A DNA stretch of 64,000 nt from a virus: the IMG/VR virus record IMGVR_UViG_3300042541_003236; one strand, written 5' to 3'. The notes under the pieces are model-generated. The model worked only from the letters and a program-made list of their open reading frames with translations, had not been told where the DNA came from and searched no databases. A program made the position numbers and the translations under genes. This document shows, piece after piece, positions 45,869-56,218 of the stretch; position 1 is the first letter of the stretch, and every line of letters begins with the position of its first letter.

Positions 45869-46558
45869 ATGAGAAGAACTTATATATCACCAGAGTATCA
45901 AAATAGAGCAGTCTATGGTACACTAAATATGGTTGAAGAAAGTACATTTTTTGGTGCAAAAATGCTTGAGATTGAAGATACTATATCTATTGATAATCAA
46001 GATATTATTTACTATCAAAAGTTGAATGGTGAACAATTGGATTTTTCTATTGAGTCTTCTTTATCTTCTATTGTTTATTCATCATCTACTAATAAGTTAA
46101 ACAATCATACATTAGAACTTGATACTACACAACCAAAGTATCAATTAGATAATAATACAAGATGGATATTAACAATTGATTTAAAAACAATTATTACAGA
46201 TTATTTATATGCAACACTTAAAAGATATAGAACTTTTGAAGGTGTTAGAAACGAAATGACTATGTTTAATGATGTTAATGTTGGTGTTAGAAATTACATA
46301 CAATCTAATGTTTTAAACAGGTATAAGTTTAAAAGTATAGATCTTTATGTTAGATACCAAGATTTAAGAAACCAAAGCTTATTACGATATAAAAATAATT
46401 GGGATAATAATATTATTAATCCAACATATAAGTTGATTAAGTTTCAAACTGAAACAGAGTTTGATGAGTCTTCTATTAGAATTACGTTTAATCAAGAAAA
46501 ACCAAGTAATACATATAGTATGGATTACTACTTCAATATTTTATTTGAAAAAATCTAA
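45869..46558 (+). CDS. hypothetical protein
   Basis: 229 aa, translationally coupled to the upstream giant ORF. Confidence 0.5.
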   Translation: MRRTYISPEYQNRAVYGTLNMVEESTFFGAKMLEIEDTISIDNQDIIYYQKLNGEQLDFSIESSLSSIVYSSSTNKLNNHTLELDTTQPKYQLDNNTRWILTIDLKTIITDYLYATLKRYRTFEGVRNEMTMFNDVNVGVRNYIQSNVLNRYKFKSIDLYVRYQDLRNQSLLRYKNNWDNNIINPTYKLIKFQTETEFDESSIRITFNQEKPSNTYSMDYYFNILFEKI

Positions 46559-46588
46559 ACTTATTATTTATTTATTCATAAATATACT

Positions 46589-46951
46589 ATGAATAATGAA
46601 GAATTAAACGAACACTTAGCGAACTTTTTAAAGATGTTTAAGAATAGACCTTATCATCTAGCTAAATATTTAATTGATAATTCTGCACTGAATAAATCAT
46701 TCCTTAATAAGATTGTAAAAAGTGGTAGACTCGAAGAAAAAAGACCAGAGGTTTACTTAACTGATATTTCAGAAATGGAAGATTATTATAGTTCTATTTT
46801 AGATCCTATTAAAATAGGTAATAAAACTGTAGAAGAAATCACTAAAGAAATCAATGATAAGATGGATGAACTTATCAAAAACGAGAAATTTGAAGAAGCT
46901 GCAAAACTTAGAGATTATATGAATAAAAAATCTATAAAAAGAATCAAATAA
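46589..46951 (+). CDS. hypothetical protein with UVR-like C-terminal motif
   Basis: KFEEAAKLRDYM resembles the UvrB/UvrC UVR motif. Confidence 0.4.
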   Translation: MNNEELNEHLANFLKMFKNRPYHLAKYLIDNSALNKSFLNKIVKSGRLEEKRPEVYLTDISEMEDYYSSILDPIKIGNKTVEEITKEINDKMDELIKNEKFEEAAKLRDYMNKKSIKRIK

Positions 46952-47001
46952 AAACAACTTTTTTAAAAATCACACTAAAACATAAACACTAAAATAATTA
47001 T

Positions 47002-48090
47002 ATGACAAACGAAATTTTAAACCCAGAAGTAGGAAACCCAGACTTCGAGCTTTTATTTGAAGAGAAAAGCTACAAAAAAGGGAAAAATATGAGTGATAAA
47101 GATCTTGATGCTCTTTACAGCTCTATTAAGTTAGAAACGCCACAAGTAGGTAATGTGGTTAGATCTAAGTACCAAGGTATAATGGCAAATCAGTTTGTAT
47201 TTAGCGTTGACGGATTCAAAGATGATGTTAGAGTTGAAGACAAACCAGGTGAAGCTAAATACCTTAAAAATTGCAACACTGGAGATGAGGTTGATGTTTT
47301 AATTACCGAGATTAATCAAGGTCAATATTTCATCAAAGGAAGTATAGCTTCTTTATATGAGTCAAGAGCTCACGAAAACCTTAAATCTCTAGAGGAAGGA
47401 GAATCAGTAACCGCCTACGTTAGATCACTTAATCCAGCAGGTTATGATGTTGAGATTACAAATGGAGGAGTAACTCTTCCAGGATTTATGCCAAATACCT
47501 TAGCAGGTATTAACAAACTTTACGACCCAACTTCAATCGTTGGAGATACGTTCCAAGTTATGATTGAGTCTTTCTCAGAAAACGAAGGAACTTATATCGT
47601 AAGTCGTAGAAAGTATTTACAAACTTTAATTCCAGAAGAAATTAGTAATCTTGAGTTTAATGTATTGTATAGTGGTAGAGTAACTGGAACAACACCTTTT
47701 GGTATCTTTGTTGAGTTCAACGAGTGTTTAACTGGTATGATTCACAAAGCAAATGTTAGTGAAGAATGGCAAAACAGAATCTCCGACATTAAACCAGGAC
47801 AACAGATTGAGTTCTATATTAAAGAAATCATTAAGGAGAAAATTATCCTTACTCAAGTTCTGAGAGAAACACTTTGGGACACTATCAAAAATGGTCAATT
47901 GATCGATGGTAGAGTGAAAGATGTTAAACAGTTTGGTGCTTTAGTTATCTTGGATGATGAAACAGTTGGATTAGTCCACACATCAGAAATGGAGAAACTT
48001 GGTAAGAAATTTACATCTGGACAAGACATCAAAGTAAAAGTTTTATCAGTAGATAGACAATCGCGTAAAATATTCTTAACGATTGCATAA
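47002..48090 (+). CDS. four-domain S1 RNA-binding protein (ribosomal protein bS1-like)
   Basis: Four S1-like repeats, e.g. GQLIDGRVKDVKQFGALVILDDETVGLVH...GQDIKVKVLSVDRQSRKIFLT. Confidence 0.6.
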   Translation: MTNEILNPEVGNPDFELLFEEKSYKKGKNMSDKDLDALYSSIKLETPQVGNVVRSKYQGIMANQFVFSVDGFKDDVRVEDKPGEAKYLKNCNTGDEVDVLITEINQGQYFIKGSIASLYESRAHENLKSLEEGESVTAYVRSLNPAGYDVEITNGGVTLPGFMPNTLAGINKLYDPTSIVGDTFQVMIESFSENEGTYIVSRRKYLQTLIPEEISNLEFNVLYSGRVTGTTPFGIFVEFNECLTGMIHKANVSEEWQNRISDIKPGQQIEFYIKEIIKEKIILTQVLRETLWDTIKNGQLIDGRVKDVKQFGALVILDDETVGLVHTSEMEKLGKKFTSGQDIKVKVLSVDRQSRKIFLTIA

Positions 48091-48125
48091 TCTTAAAAAC
48101 GACCCATTTTTAAGTGATAAAACAA

Positions 48126-48152
48126 AGAACCCCGGAGAAATCTGGGGTTTTT
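48126..48152 (+). terminator. intrinsic terminator (aaccccggagaaatctggggtttttt)
   Basis: GC-rich stem followed by a T-run. Confidence 0.65.
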
Positions 48153-48169
48153 TATTTAATATATAGTTT

Positions 48170-48631
48170 ATGATTAAAAACTGGGAAACTTTCTTAGAAG
48201 CTAGATTAAGTGATATTGCTAATCTAAAAGGATTTGATACTAAAACTAAATCTCAATGGGGATTTGATAAAGAGTTTGATATAAATGTTAATTTAGTAAA
48301 AATGATTTCAACCAATAAAAGAATTGGTGGAAGAAAACTTCAATTTAGAATAACTTACTTTGACGATACACACCATAGTATTGCAGAAAGAATAAGAGAT
48401 AGAACTAGTTTGAAAAGTGTGGAAGAGTTTAATGTAATTCTAAAAGATACTTTAAATAAATTAGTTGAAGAGAATGATGAGTTTATTTTTGATAAAAAGT
48501 ATGCAGTTTATTTAAAAGAATATCGTTTTGTTATTGTATTCACTTTAGATTATGATTTAAAAGAACTTAATATTTATACAATTTTACCAGGTTCTAATGT
48601 AAATAATGTTAGAAAAATTTTTGTATATTAG
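48170..48631 (+). CDS. hypothetical protein
   Basis: 153 aa with TTAATATATA at 48156-48165. Confidence 0.5.
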   Translation: MIKNWETFLEARLSDIANLKGFDTKTKSQWGFDKEFDINVNLVKMISTNKRIGGRKLQFRITYFDDTHHSIAERIRDRTSLKSVEEFNVILKDTLNKLVEENDEFIFDKKYAVYLKEYRFVIVFTLDYDLKELNIYTILPGSNVNNVRKIFVY

Positions 48632-48653
48632 AAAAAAGTTGTATCTTTGAAGT

Positions 48654-48878
48654 ATGAAAAATATGATAGACAAGTTCGTAAATATGTGTGAATTAATTAG
48701 TGTTAACTCTAAAGGTCAGTTCTTTTTTGACTCTGTTGATGTAGAATTCACTGAAGTGTATAATGATACGGACTATCCTGTGTTAAAAGAAAAAATGGAT
48801 AAACTTATCGGTTTAATCAACGAAGATAATTCACTAATCGAAAAAGACGTTCAAGACGAACTTTGGTTAATGTTATAA
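48654..48878 (+). CDS. hypothetical protein
   Basis: 74-aa ORF. Confidence 0.4.
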   Translation: MKNMIDKFVNMCELISVNSKGQFFFDSVDVEFTEVYNDTDYPVLKEKMDKLIGLINEDNSLIEKDVQDELWLML

Positions 48879-48909
48879 TAAAAAAGCTATCAAATGATAG
48901 CTTTTATTT

Positions 48910-49104
48910 TTAGTATGTATTCCAGTTTTTTATATGTATAACACCATTTGAGTCTATTGTAGAACCCTTATCTTCAATTTCTTCTTCATCAATTTCATCT
49001 TCATCAAAGAACCCAGGTTTAAGTACATCATCAATTGTCTTATCTGACAACTCACGTTTAGGCATTGTTTCAACAAATGCTTCAAAAAGTTTTAAATATC
49101 TCAC
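48910..49104 (-). CDS. small acidic protein
   Basis: 64 aa, D/E-rich. Confidence 0.35.
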   Translation of the reverse strand: MRYLKLFEAFVETMPKRELSDKTIDDVLKPGFFDEDEIDEEEIEDKGSTIDSNGVIHIKNWNTY

Positions 49105-49118
49105 TTATTATATATTAT

Positions 49119-50315
49119 TTAATCATCATCTCGCCAAGCATCATCATCTTCCCACTCTTCATCACCATCATTTTCACTCCATATTATACCTCTTGATCCT
49201 GGGAAAGATCTATTGCTAATTTGTCCAGTTTCTGGATTCCAATTGTTCATATTATCTACTGATGGATATTGTTCAAATGTTCCAGGATGTATATGTGCAG
49301 TAACTGTTTGTCCATAACTCATTTGTAAATATCCTTTTGAATTACCATATTCAATAAATACATTTCTATCAGAATCTTTACTTGTATAAATAGTATCCAT
49401 TACTTGTCTACCATCATCTAATGTCCAAAGAAGTGCTCTACCAATAATTTTATCATCATAGTTTTCAGATCTCAACATCAACAATTTAACAGTTTGTGGA
49501 TTATCAATATAAATTTGTAACCATCTAAGATTACCAACTGCTTGACAAGAACTACCTAAAGTACCTTGGTGTGGAAATTCATAGTTTCTTCTGTTATACC
49601 AGAATCCTAAGTCGTCTCCTTCAACGATCTCAAATCTTGAGAACACATCATTCATTATTGATAAAACTGCTCTAAATTCGTTTACAAACGTTTCTATCTT
49701 AGCATCAGTAACTGGATAGTTATAAGCTTGTAATAAAACTCTAACTGCTCTACCAATTCTTATTTCTTGTCTGCTTCTTGTAAAAACAATTTTTTGTTTA
49801 TCTTCTACAACAGGTCTTAGTTTTTCAAGATTATAAACACCTTCACCAGTTGGAAACTTAACATAACACCAAGTTTTACCAGTTTTTTCAGATGTTACTC
49901 TACTAATAACTTCTCCAGCATCATTATTATTTGGATGGAAAACTTCTTCTGTTGTAGGTGTAAATCCTAATCTAGCAAAAATAGCTCCGTTAGTTCTAAC
50001 ATTATTTGTAAGCCAACCACCTCTACGACCTTGATAATTAACAAATTCTCTAGTATCTCCAAGTATTTCTTGAGCAACTCTATCTGGAGTGAAGGTCAAG
50101 ATATTATCATTATCAATTTTTATATCAAAAAAATTAGAAACAACTTCTAAATCTTTATTTTCAATTTCCAATAACTTCTGAGCGATTTCATTTTCAGGTA
50201 ATTTACTAAGTGCTCTTTTAAATTTTTGTGAATAGATTACATTAGACTCTAATAAAAGTTGTTCTAATATAAGTTTTTCTACAATAAAGTCTCCATACTT
50301 GTTTAAACTTCTCAT
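49119..50315 (-). CDS. paralogous-family protein A3 (unknown function, acidic C-terminal tail)
   Basis: Shares FEIVEGDDLGFWY, HQGTLGSSCQ, IGRALLW and MDTIYT blocks; ends EEWEDDDAWRDDD. Confidence 0.6.
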   Translation of the reverse strand: MRSLNKYGDFIVEKLILEQLLLESNVIYSQKFKRALSKLPENEIAQKLLEIENKDLEVVSNFFDIKIDNDNILTFTPDRVAQEILGDTREFVNYQGRRGGWLTNNVRTNGAIFARLGFTPTTEEVFHPNNNDAGEVISRVTSEKTGKTWCYVKFPTGEGVYNLEKLRPVVEDKQKIVFTRSRQEIRIGRAVRVLLQAYNYPVTDAKIETFVNEFRAVLSIMNDVFSRFEIVEGDDLGFWYNRRNYEFPHQGTLGSSCQAVGNLRWLQIYIDNPQTVKLLMLRSENYDDKIIGRALLWTLDDGRQVMDTIYTSKDSDRNVFIEYGNSKGYLQMSYGQTVTAHIHPGTFEQYPSVDNMNNWNPETGQISNRSFPGSRGIIWSENDGDEEWEDDDAWRDDD

Positions 50316-51062
50316 TTAATATGTTAATATTTTTAATACAACATCTTCAACAAATTCTTTCATATCTGCTGGATCAATTGTTGCAACTGTGTCTTTAGTA
50401 GAGTGGCAATGAAATAACATCGAATAATCTAAATATGTTTCATCATCCCACTTAACATTTGTTTTACCTTCTAAAACCGGAGGTAACGGATTTATTACTA
50501 CTGAATCAATTCCATTTCTTCTAAATGTAACTGAATCATTAAAAGGTGTTTTAACGATTGGACAATCAAAAAGAGTCTTAATATGATTTGTTAATGGTCC
50601 TGGATAATCCCCAATGAAAAAGTGTTTACCACCTTTACCACTCAACTCTAAATTGAGTACCCATTCTATATCACCAAACTTACCTTCATTTATTTGTTCT
50701 GACGCTCTATTAGAGCCTATACCACCTACTTCTTCACCATCTAATAGAATTACATTCATTGTTGGTAAAAGCTTCTTAATCATTATTGCATTGATTACTG
50801 AAGCACTATTATCATTAGCATTGTCTATATTAGGATTATTTACATCATGATGTGCAACAACCATTCTATTTGAAGTTCCTTGTAAGATAAGATTATATCC
50901 AGTTACTTTAGAAGTGTAAAATCTATCTAATTCGTAAATAATACCTTCTGAATCAAGTAAATCCATCAGAAATTGAACTCTTGGAGGTGGATTTTGTGAA
51001 TGATTATCATAAATAGTTCCTTCGTTTCTAACTTTACAAAAGTCATATATTTTGTTGTACAT
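50316..51062 (-). CDS. M28-family peptidase-like protein
   Basis: AHHD...DNSASV...GEEVGGIGS residues resemble M28 zinc aminopeptidases. Confidence 0.45.
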   Translation of the reverse strand: MYNKIYDFCKVRNEGTIYDNHSQNPPPRVQFLMDLLDSEGIIYELDRFYTSKVTGYNLILQGTSNRMVVAHHDVNNPNIDNANDNSASVINAIMIKKLLPTMNVILLDGEEVGGIGSNRASEQINEGKFGDIEWVLNLELSGKGGKHFFIGDYPGPLTNHIKTLFDCPIVKTPFNDSVTFRRNGIDSVVINPLPPVLEGKTNVKWDDETYLDYSMLFHCHSTKDTVATIDPADMKEFVEDVVLKILTY

Positions 51063-51125
51063 AATTGTATATATTAAAAAAATTAAAATAAAAACCTATA
51101 TTTTAAAATATAGGTTTTTATTTTA

Positions 51126-52619
51126 TTATAAATTTATAATTTTTTTGGTTAATTCACCTTGTGGTGTTTTTAGAATAATAATATAAATACCTCTTTGAAG
51201 TATACTTAAATCAGTATTTTCGGAGACCAAAGTACCGTTTAAATCATAAATTTTTACAGTCTCATTAGTATTTATAATAATATTTTTATTAACCACATTA
51301 ATTGTTGGTGTTGTGTATGTTTGTTGCAAATCATTAAATCCCTCGGTTGTCCATGTGTTTAAATTAGAGGTTTGTATTGAATATAGTTTATTACTAATAA
51401 GCGGATCCGGTAAGTTCAAGTATAATTTATAAGTACCAGTTGGTAACCCTAGAGCTGTTAGATTTGTAACTATGTTATAACTAGTGGTAACACAATTTTT
51501 AATGCTAGCATCAATCAAGAAAGAGTAATTTACGTTGGTTGTTGTGTTTTTACAAACTAGATATGCTTTTCTATCTCTAAATAAATTGGCGTATCCATAG
51601 TTACCCATGTTAATTGTAAGAACACCGTTGGTAATGTTTGAACTGTTTAATCTAAAATCATACCCTATGCTTTTTTGTATTGTAGTAAAACAACCGTTGG
51701 TTTGCCAATTGGTAATTACAGTAGGAAAATAATCTTTGTTTATAAGACTCCAATTAAACTTATTCATTTCTAGTGTAGCGTTGGTACAATCAGTTCTAGG
51801 TGTGTTCAGTATATTAGTTTCACCGCTTACTAAATTATTAACGGTGCTATTTTGCCAATATGTTACATCAGCAGCACTAGGAACTCCTTGTGAACCACTA
51901 ACTAAAAAGGTTCCAGAGTCACCATAATTTGCCAAAAAAGCATCGTTGTAGAAGCCTATTCTACCAACATATGTATTTCCATACATTTTTTGTTTAGCAT
52001 AGACGTATCTAACTTGTAACGGTATTGAAATATTGAATGAATTAATCATCGCATCCATTACAGCTTTTCTATTGGCCCATTGTGTTGCTGTATATATGGT
52101 ATAATCAGCATTACCAAATTCAGATGAACCTGTGTAATACCATTCACCATATTTACCAATAAAGCCTGCTTGAATTGCAACTATAACATCTTTGTTACGA
52201 TTAATTACAGGTGCCAATTGTCTAATGTGTGCTAGTATTTGAGCTTTGGTTGGTTGAAATACTGTATAAGAACTAGAAGATGTGTAAGTAAATCTAACAA
52301 TAACCTTGGCACCAGCAGCTCTGATTCTGTTGAAATCAGTCTGCATGTTGGTAAGATATGTAGAATTAATTGGAATACCTGTGATAAAATCTCTTAAAAA
52401 GAATTGTCTTTGTATTACAGTAATATTCTCATTTGTTCTATAACCGGCTATTGTAGTTTGATTTAGTAGATTATATCCACCAGAAGATCCAGTAGAAGTG
52501 TAATGATAAAATCCTTTTTCTGGGTTAGGGATAATGTTACTAGTGCTAGCATAAGTAACGTTTTGGCTAGTTATCATTACAGAAAATAGTAGTAATAACA
52601 ATAGTAATATTTTTTTCAT
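51126..52619 (-). CDS. secreted protein with T9SS C-terminal sorting domain
   Basis: Signal peptide MKKILLLLLLLFSVMITSQ; C-terminus VKIYDLNGTLV...LQRGIYIIILKT...KKIINL fits the T9SS CTD consensus. Confidence 0.6.
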   Translation of the reverse strand: MKKILLLLLLLFSVMITSQNVTYASTSNIIPNPEKGFYHYTSTGSSGGYNLLNQTTIAGYRTNENITVIQRQFFLRDFITGIPINSTYLTNMQTDFNRIRAAGAKVIVRFTYTSSSSYTVFQPTKAQILAHIRQLAPVINRNKDVIVAIQAGFIGKYGEWYYTGSSEFGNADYTIYTATQWANRKAVMDAMINSFNISIPLQVRYVYAKQKMYGNTYVGRIGFYNDAFLANYGDSGTFLVSGSQGVPSAADVTYWQNSTVNNLVSGETNILNTPRTDCTNATLEMNKFNWSLINKDYFPTVITNWQTNGCFTTIQKSIGYDFRLNSSNITNGVLTINMGNYGYANLFRDRKAYLVCKNTTTNVNYSFLIDASIKNCVTTSYNIVTNLTALGLPTGTYKLYLNLPDPLISNKLYSIQTSNLNTWTTEGFNDLQQTYTTPTINVVNKNIIINTNETVKIYDLNGTLVSENTDLSILQRGIYIIILKTPQGELTKKIINL

Positions 52620-52648
52620 AATTTTTAAAATTTAAGTTATAGTTCTAA

Positions 52649-52680
52649 AAAAACGGTTATCTTTTGAATAACCGTTTTTT
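52649..52680 (-). terminator. terminator hairpin (aaacggttatcttttgaataaccgtttttt)
   Basis: Downstream of the SPFH gene on the minus strand. Confidence 0.55.
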
Positions 52681-52702
52681 AGATTCCTATATTATAGGGT
52701 TT

Positions 52703-54598
52703 TTATTTTTTTCCTTTTTTGTCTTCTGTAGTTACTACTTCTTCAGCAAGAACTTCTGTTGTGTCAAGATTTTTGAAACCTTTACCCATCATATTCATGA
52801 TTTGAACTCCAAGTAATCCATCTAATGAACCATTTCCACCTTGACCACTACCATTGATAAGTAAGTCTGGCATAATTTTCACATTACCTTTACCGATTTC
52901 TTCTGTTACTTTATAAGTCGTGAAGTTATCTTGACCCATTGCATCAACAGCTAATCTATAAGATTCTGCAGTTGATTTACCCACCGCTAAGATAGCATTT
53001 GCTTCAGCTTCTCCAATAAGAGTTTTCTTAGTAGCTTCTGCTTTAGCATTTAATGTTGTAGCTTCTGCGTTAGCTTCTGCGGCAATTTTTACTGAACGAG
53101 CTTTACCAGTTGCATCTTTAACCGCTGAGTCTGCCAATCTTTCAGAGATTTGAACACCTTGGTCTGCTTTTACAACTTCACCTTGCATATCTGCAATAGC
53201 AGTTTGTTTTTCAACACCCTGTCTTCTTACTTGTGCTTTTTCTTGAGTTTCATAAGTAACTTGTTGTTCCTCTGCAATTTTACGATCAGTTAATGTTTTC
53301 ATCAATGACTCTGGTGGAGTAATATCTCCAATTAGAGTATCTACAGCGTGTACATTATACTCTTCAAGTACTGCAGAAATAGCTTCTTTGGCAGCATCTT
53401 GTCTTGATTGACGAGTAGATAAGAAAGCAATAACGTCTGAATTTTGTGCAGAGTTACGGAAGTAGTTACCAATTGTAGGTTCTAATACTTGTGATACAAG
53501 TGCTTGTGTAGAACCAAAACGTGCAATTACTTTTGGTGCTTCTGCCATTGGAATGTGGATGATTTGAGAAACGTCTAAGTTAAATGGGAAACCATCTTTA
53601 GAACGTACTGTAATCGTACTCAATCCTTTGTCTAAGTTGTGAGACTCTGTTCTAGCATTTGCCCAGTTAAGTACAAGGTTAGTTGTTGGAACAATCTCAA
53701 TTGTATTAGTATATTTATTAATAGCATATTTACCTGGTCCTAATGGTTCGGCCCAAACACCTTTTTGTCCTTTAGATACTAAGTTACCGTGTTTAAATCC
53801 AGCACCAGTTACATCAACTCCATCAGCTCCAACAAAAGAAATAACAACACCACAATGACCAATCGGAATTTCTGTCATTTGTACTTCTTCAACTTGAACA
53901 GCCCACGGGTTAAGGTTATAAGAACCTGCTTGAATAACTTGTGTTTGTAAACCTCTACTACCACCATTTAATAAAAATGCATCAAAGTCTTGAAAGTTAT
54001 TGTGACCTTCGATTTTTTCACCAGCAATTTGATCTTTACTAAGTGGCTCACCATCTAATGTAGTAACAATACCCACCATGTTTTCTTGTACACTTACTTG
54101 TTTAACCGCAGATACTTCAAATAAGAATGTATTGATTTTATAACTACCGTTTGTAATATAAGCAGACTGACGTCCTTTTTGTCCTCCATTATTAAGGAAA
54201 CCTACTGCATCTTGAAAGTTATCAGACTCAACTCTACGTCCTAAGATACGTCCTGTTTGTGGAACCTTACCATCTTTAGATGAAATTAATCCAATATGTC
54301 CTTCTGGAATAACTATAAATCCTTGCATATCAACAGAGTATTGCCAAGGCCACATCCACCAGTGTAAGCCAGTTTCTAGCATTTTTGCTTGAAATCCTGC
54401 TTCACCATTTACTGCGATGATTCTATCACCACTTAATTGTTTGTTTTCTCCGAAAAGAACGAATTTTTTCGTTACTAAACCAATCTTGTTCTCAGGAACA
54501 ATAACTAGTCCAAAAAATACACGAAAAATGAATTTGTACATAAGTACGGCTACTACTAAGAGCATCCAAGGCCAATAGGCCAAAATCTGTGTTACCAT
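52703..54598 (-). CDS. flotillin / SPFH (band-7) family membrane protein
   Basis: N-terminal TM segment; C-terminal Ala/Glu-rich repeats (AEANAEATTLNAKAEATKK...EAEANAILA) typical of flotillin-like YqiK. Confidence 0.5.
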   Translation of the reverse strand: MVTQILAYWPWMLLVVAVLMYKFIFRVFFGLVIVPENKIGLVTKKFVLFGENKQLSGDRIIAVNGEAGFQAKMLETGLHWWMWPWQYSVDMQGFIVIPEGHIGLISSKDGKVPQTGRILGRRVESDNFQDAVGFLNNGGQKGRQSAYITNGSYKINTFLFEVSAVKQVSVQENMVGIVTTLDGEPLSKDQIAGEKIEGHNNFQDFDAFLLNGGSRGLQTQVIQAGSYNLNPWAVQVEEVQMTEIPIGHCGVVISFVGADGVDVTGAGFKHGNLVSKGQKGVWAEPLGPGKYAINKYTNTIEIVPTTNLVLNWANARTESHNLDKGLSTITVRSKDGFPFNLDVSQIIHIPMAEAPKVIARFGSTQALVSQVLEPTIGNYFRNSAQNSDVIAFLSTRQSRQDAAKEAISAVLEEYNVHAVDTLIGDITPPESLMKTLTDRKIAEEQQVTYETQEKAQVRRQGVEKQTAIADMQGEVVKADQGVQISERLADSAVKDATGKARSVKIAAEANAEATTLNAKAEATKKTLIGEAEANAILAVGKSTAESYRLAVDAMGQDNFTTYKVTEEIGKGNVKIMPDLLINGSGQGGNGSLDGLLGVQIMNMMGKGFKNLDTTEVLAEEVVTTEDKKGKK

Positions 54599-54640
54599 AA
54601 TTTAATTGTTTTTAATTGTTTTTAATTCTATTGCTAATTT
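54599..54640. repeat. tandem taattgttttt repeats upstream of the SPFH gene
   Basis: ttaattgtttttaattgtttttaattc. Confidence 0.4.
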
Positions 54641-55369
54641 TTAATTTGTTTCGATTAAATCTAAAATATCTTTTAAAGACATTTCTAATAGGTCTGCATA
54701 ATCATCAACGTTTACTTCTGTTCTTTTAGACACTTGTTGAATTCCCCAATCAAGTATTTTTAATCCATGTCTATTAGGATCTAAAATTGATTTTGAAACG
54801 ATTTTTAATAACTCCAAGTTTTTATCTTGAACTAAATCAATCTTTCTTGTATCATTAGTTGTAATCAAACCAGTTGTTTCATCAAACAATAATTGATTTA
54901 AAGCTAATTCTCTCGCTTCTGCAGTTGTCAATTTTCTAAAACACCAACCATTGAGTTTTAGTTTTCTTTTAACTCCCTCAAACTTAATAAGATAATCTAC
55001 ATAAGGTGTCAATATGGCACCGCTATAAGAAGTCCTAGGTGTTACTTTACGAGTAATCTCTTCAACACGATACATACCATCTTTTACTAAAGTCTTATAC
55101 CTATCTTGCATACAGACAATTATATCTCCTTTTGAAACATCTTCACCTTTTAATAGTTCAAATCTATTATAGAAGTTTTGTGGTAATGGTATATCAATCT
55201 CTGGAAGAGGTTTACCATCCGTTGTAGTAAAGTTTTTTACAGAGTAACCACCGAAATCTTTAAGTCGAACACTTTTATAAGTAGAACCAACACTATTATT
55301 CATAGAAACTACTTCATATGAATGTCCTTTTACTAGCTTTGTACTACCTTTTTTACATATTACCCACAT
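54641..55369 (-). CDS. hypothetical protein
   Basis: 242-aa ORF. Confidence 0.5.
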   Translation of the reverse strand: MWVICKKGSTKLVKGHSYEVVSMNNSVGSTYKSVRLKDFGGYSVKNFTTTDGKPLPEIDIPLPQNFYNRFELLKGEDVSKGDIIVCMQDRYKTLVKDGMYRVEEITRKVTPRTSYSGAILTPYVDYLIKFEGVKRKLKLNGWCFRKLTTAEARELALNQLLFDETTGLITTNDTRKIDLVQDKNLELLKIVSKSILDPNRHGLKILDWGIQQVSKRTEVNVDDYADLLEMSLKDILDLIETN

Positions 55370-55370
55370 A

Positions 55371-55787
55371 TTAATCTAAAATTGTGTTAGTTGGATCAGA
55401 CATTTTACCTGATTTATCTTTTTGAGTTATTTTTATTGCAGACGATGGATTATCTTTTAATCCATTTTGCATCCATTCTTTAAAATCTAAATGTTCTAAG
55501 TAGTCTTGTGCAGTTGGAATGAACCTCATTCCAAAATCTTCTAATATATGTTGTTCACATATATCTTTTACGGATACGACTTTATCAGCTGAGTTTGTGA
55601 TAGTATATCCGAATATAGGTATCATCACCTCGTGGATCCAAAATCCGTGGTGTGTTAAAGCTCTATGTCTATTATCAGACAAGTAAGCTTTAGAACAGTC
55701 CATCTTCATATGAATTGCTAAGTAGTCTTGTGGTTCTCCGCCAAATCTACGAGCTGAAGAAACTGAATGTATATGTGCGTTTGCCAT
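55371..55787 (-). CDS. hypothetical protein
   Basis: 138-aa ORF. Confidence 0.45.
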   Translation of the reverse strand: MANAHIHSVSSARRFGGEPQDYLAIHMKMDCSKAYLSDNRHRALTHHGFWIHEVMIPIFGYTITNSADKVVSVKDICEQHILEDFGMRFIPTAQDYLEHLDFKEWMQNGLKDNPSSAIKITQKDKSGKMSDPTNTILD

Positions 55788-56218
55788 TAATATTTAATTT
55801 TATCTATTGTTTCTTGTAGTTGTTCTTGTGTTAGTTTGTCGAGTACAAATGTAAGCATTTCTTCTGAATTACCAAAATTAGTTTGAATATGTTGTTTAAG
55901 AAAGTCTAAATAATCTTGTCTTTCTCCAACACCTAATTGTAACATTTTAATTTCTCTCTGCCATTGTGTACCACCATTTATTTCAAGAATATTAGTTTCT
56001 AGGTTGTAAGTTAGTTTATCATATACTTCTTTAGTGGTTATACCCATTGGTACTTCAAACTCAAAGGGTATATAAGGTTTCTGACAAACTCTATCGGCTA
56101 TATCTTTGGAGTTTCTTAAATCTAAACCACAAAGTTCTTTTATATTTTTAACAAATTGTAACTTATTATTACAATCATTTACTAATTTTATTTTTACAAT
56201 ATTTTTCATTATACACAA
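55787..56218 (-). CDS. hypothetical protein
   Basis: 143-aa ORF. Confidence 0.45.
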   Translation of the reverse strand: MCIMKNIVKIKLVNDCNNKLQFVKNIKELCGLDLRNSKDIADRVCQKPYIPFEFEVPMGITTKEVYDKLTYNLETNILEINGGTQWQREIKMLQLGVGERQDYLDFLKQHIQTNFGNSEEMLTFVLDKLTQEQLQETIDKIKY

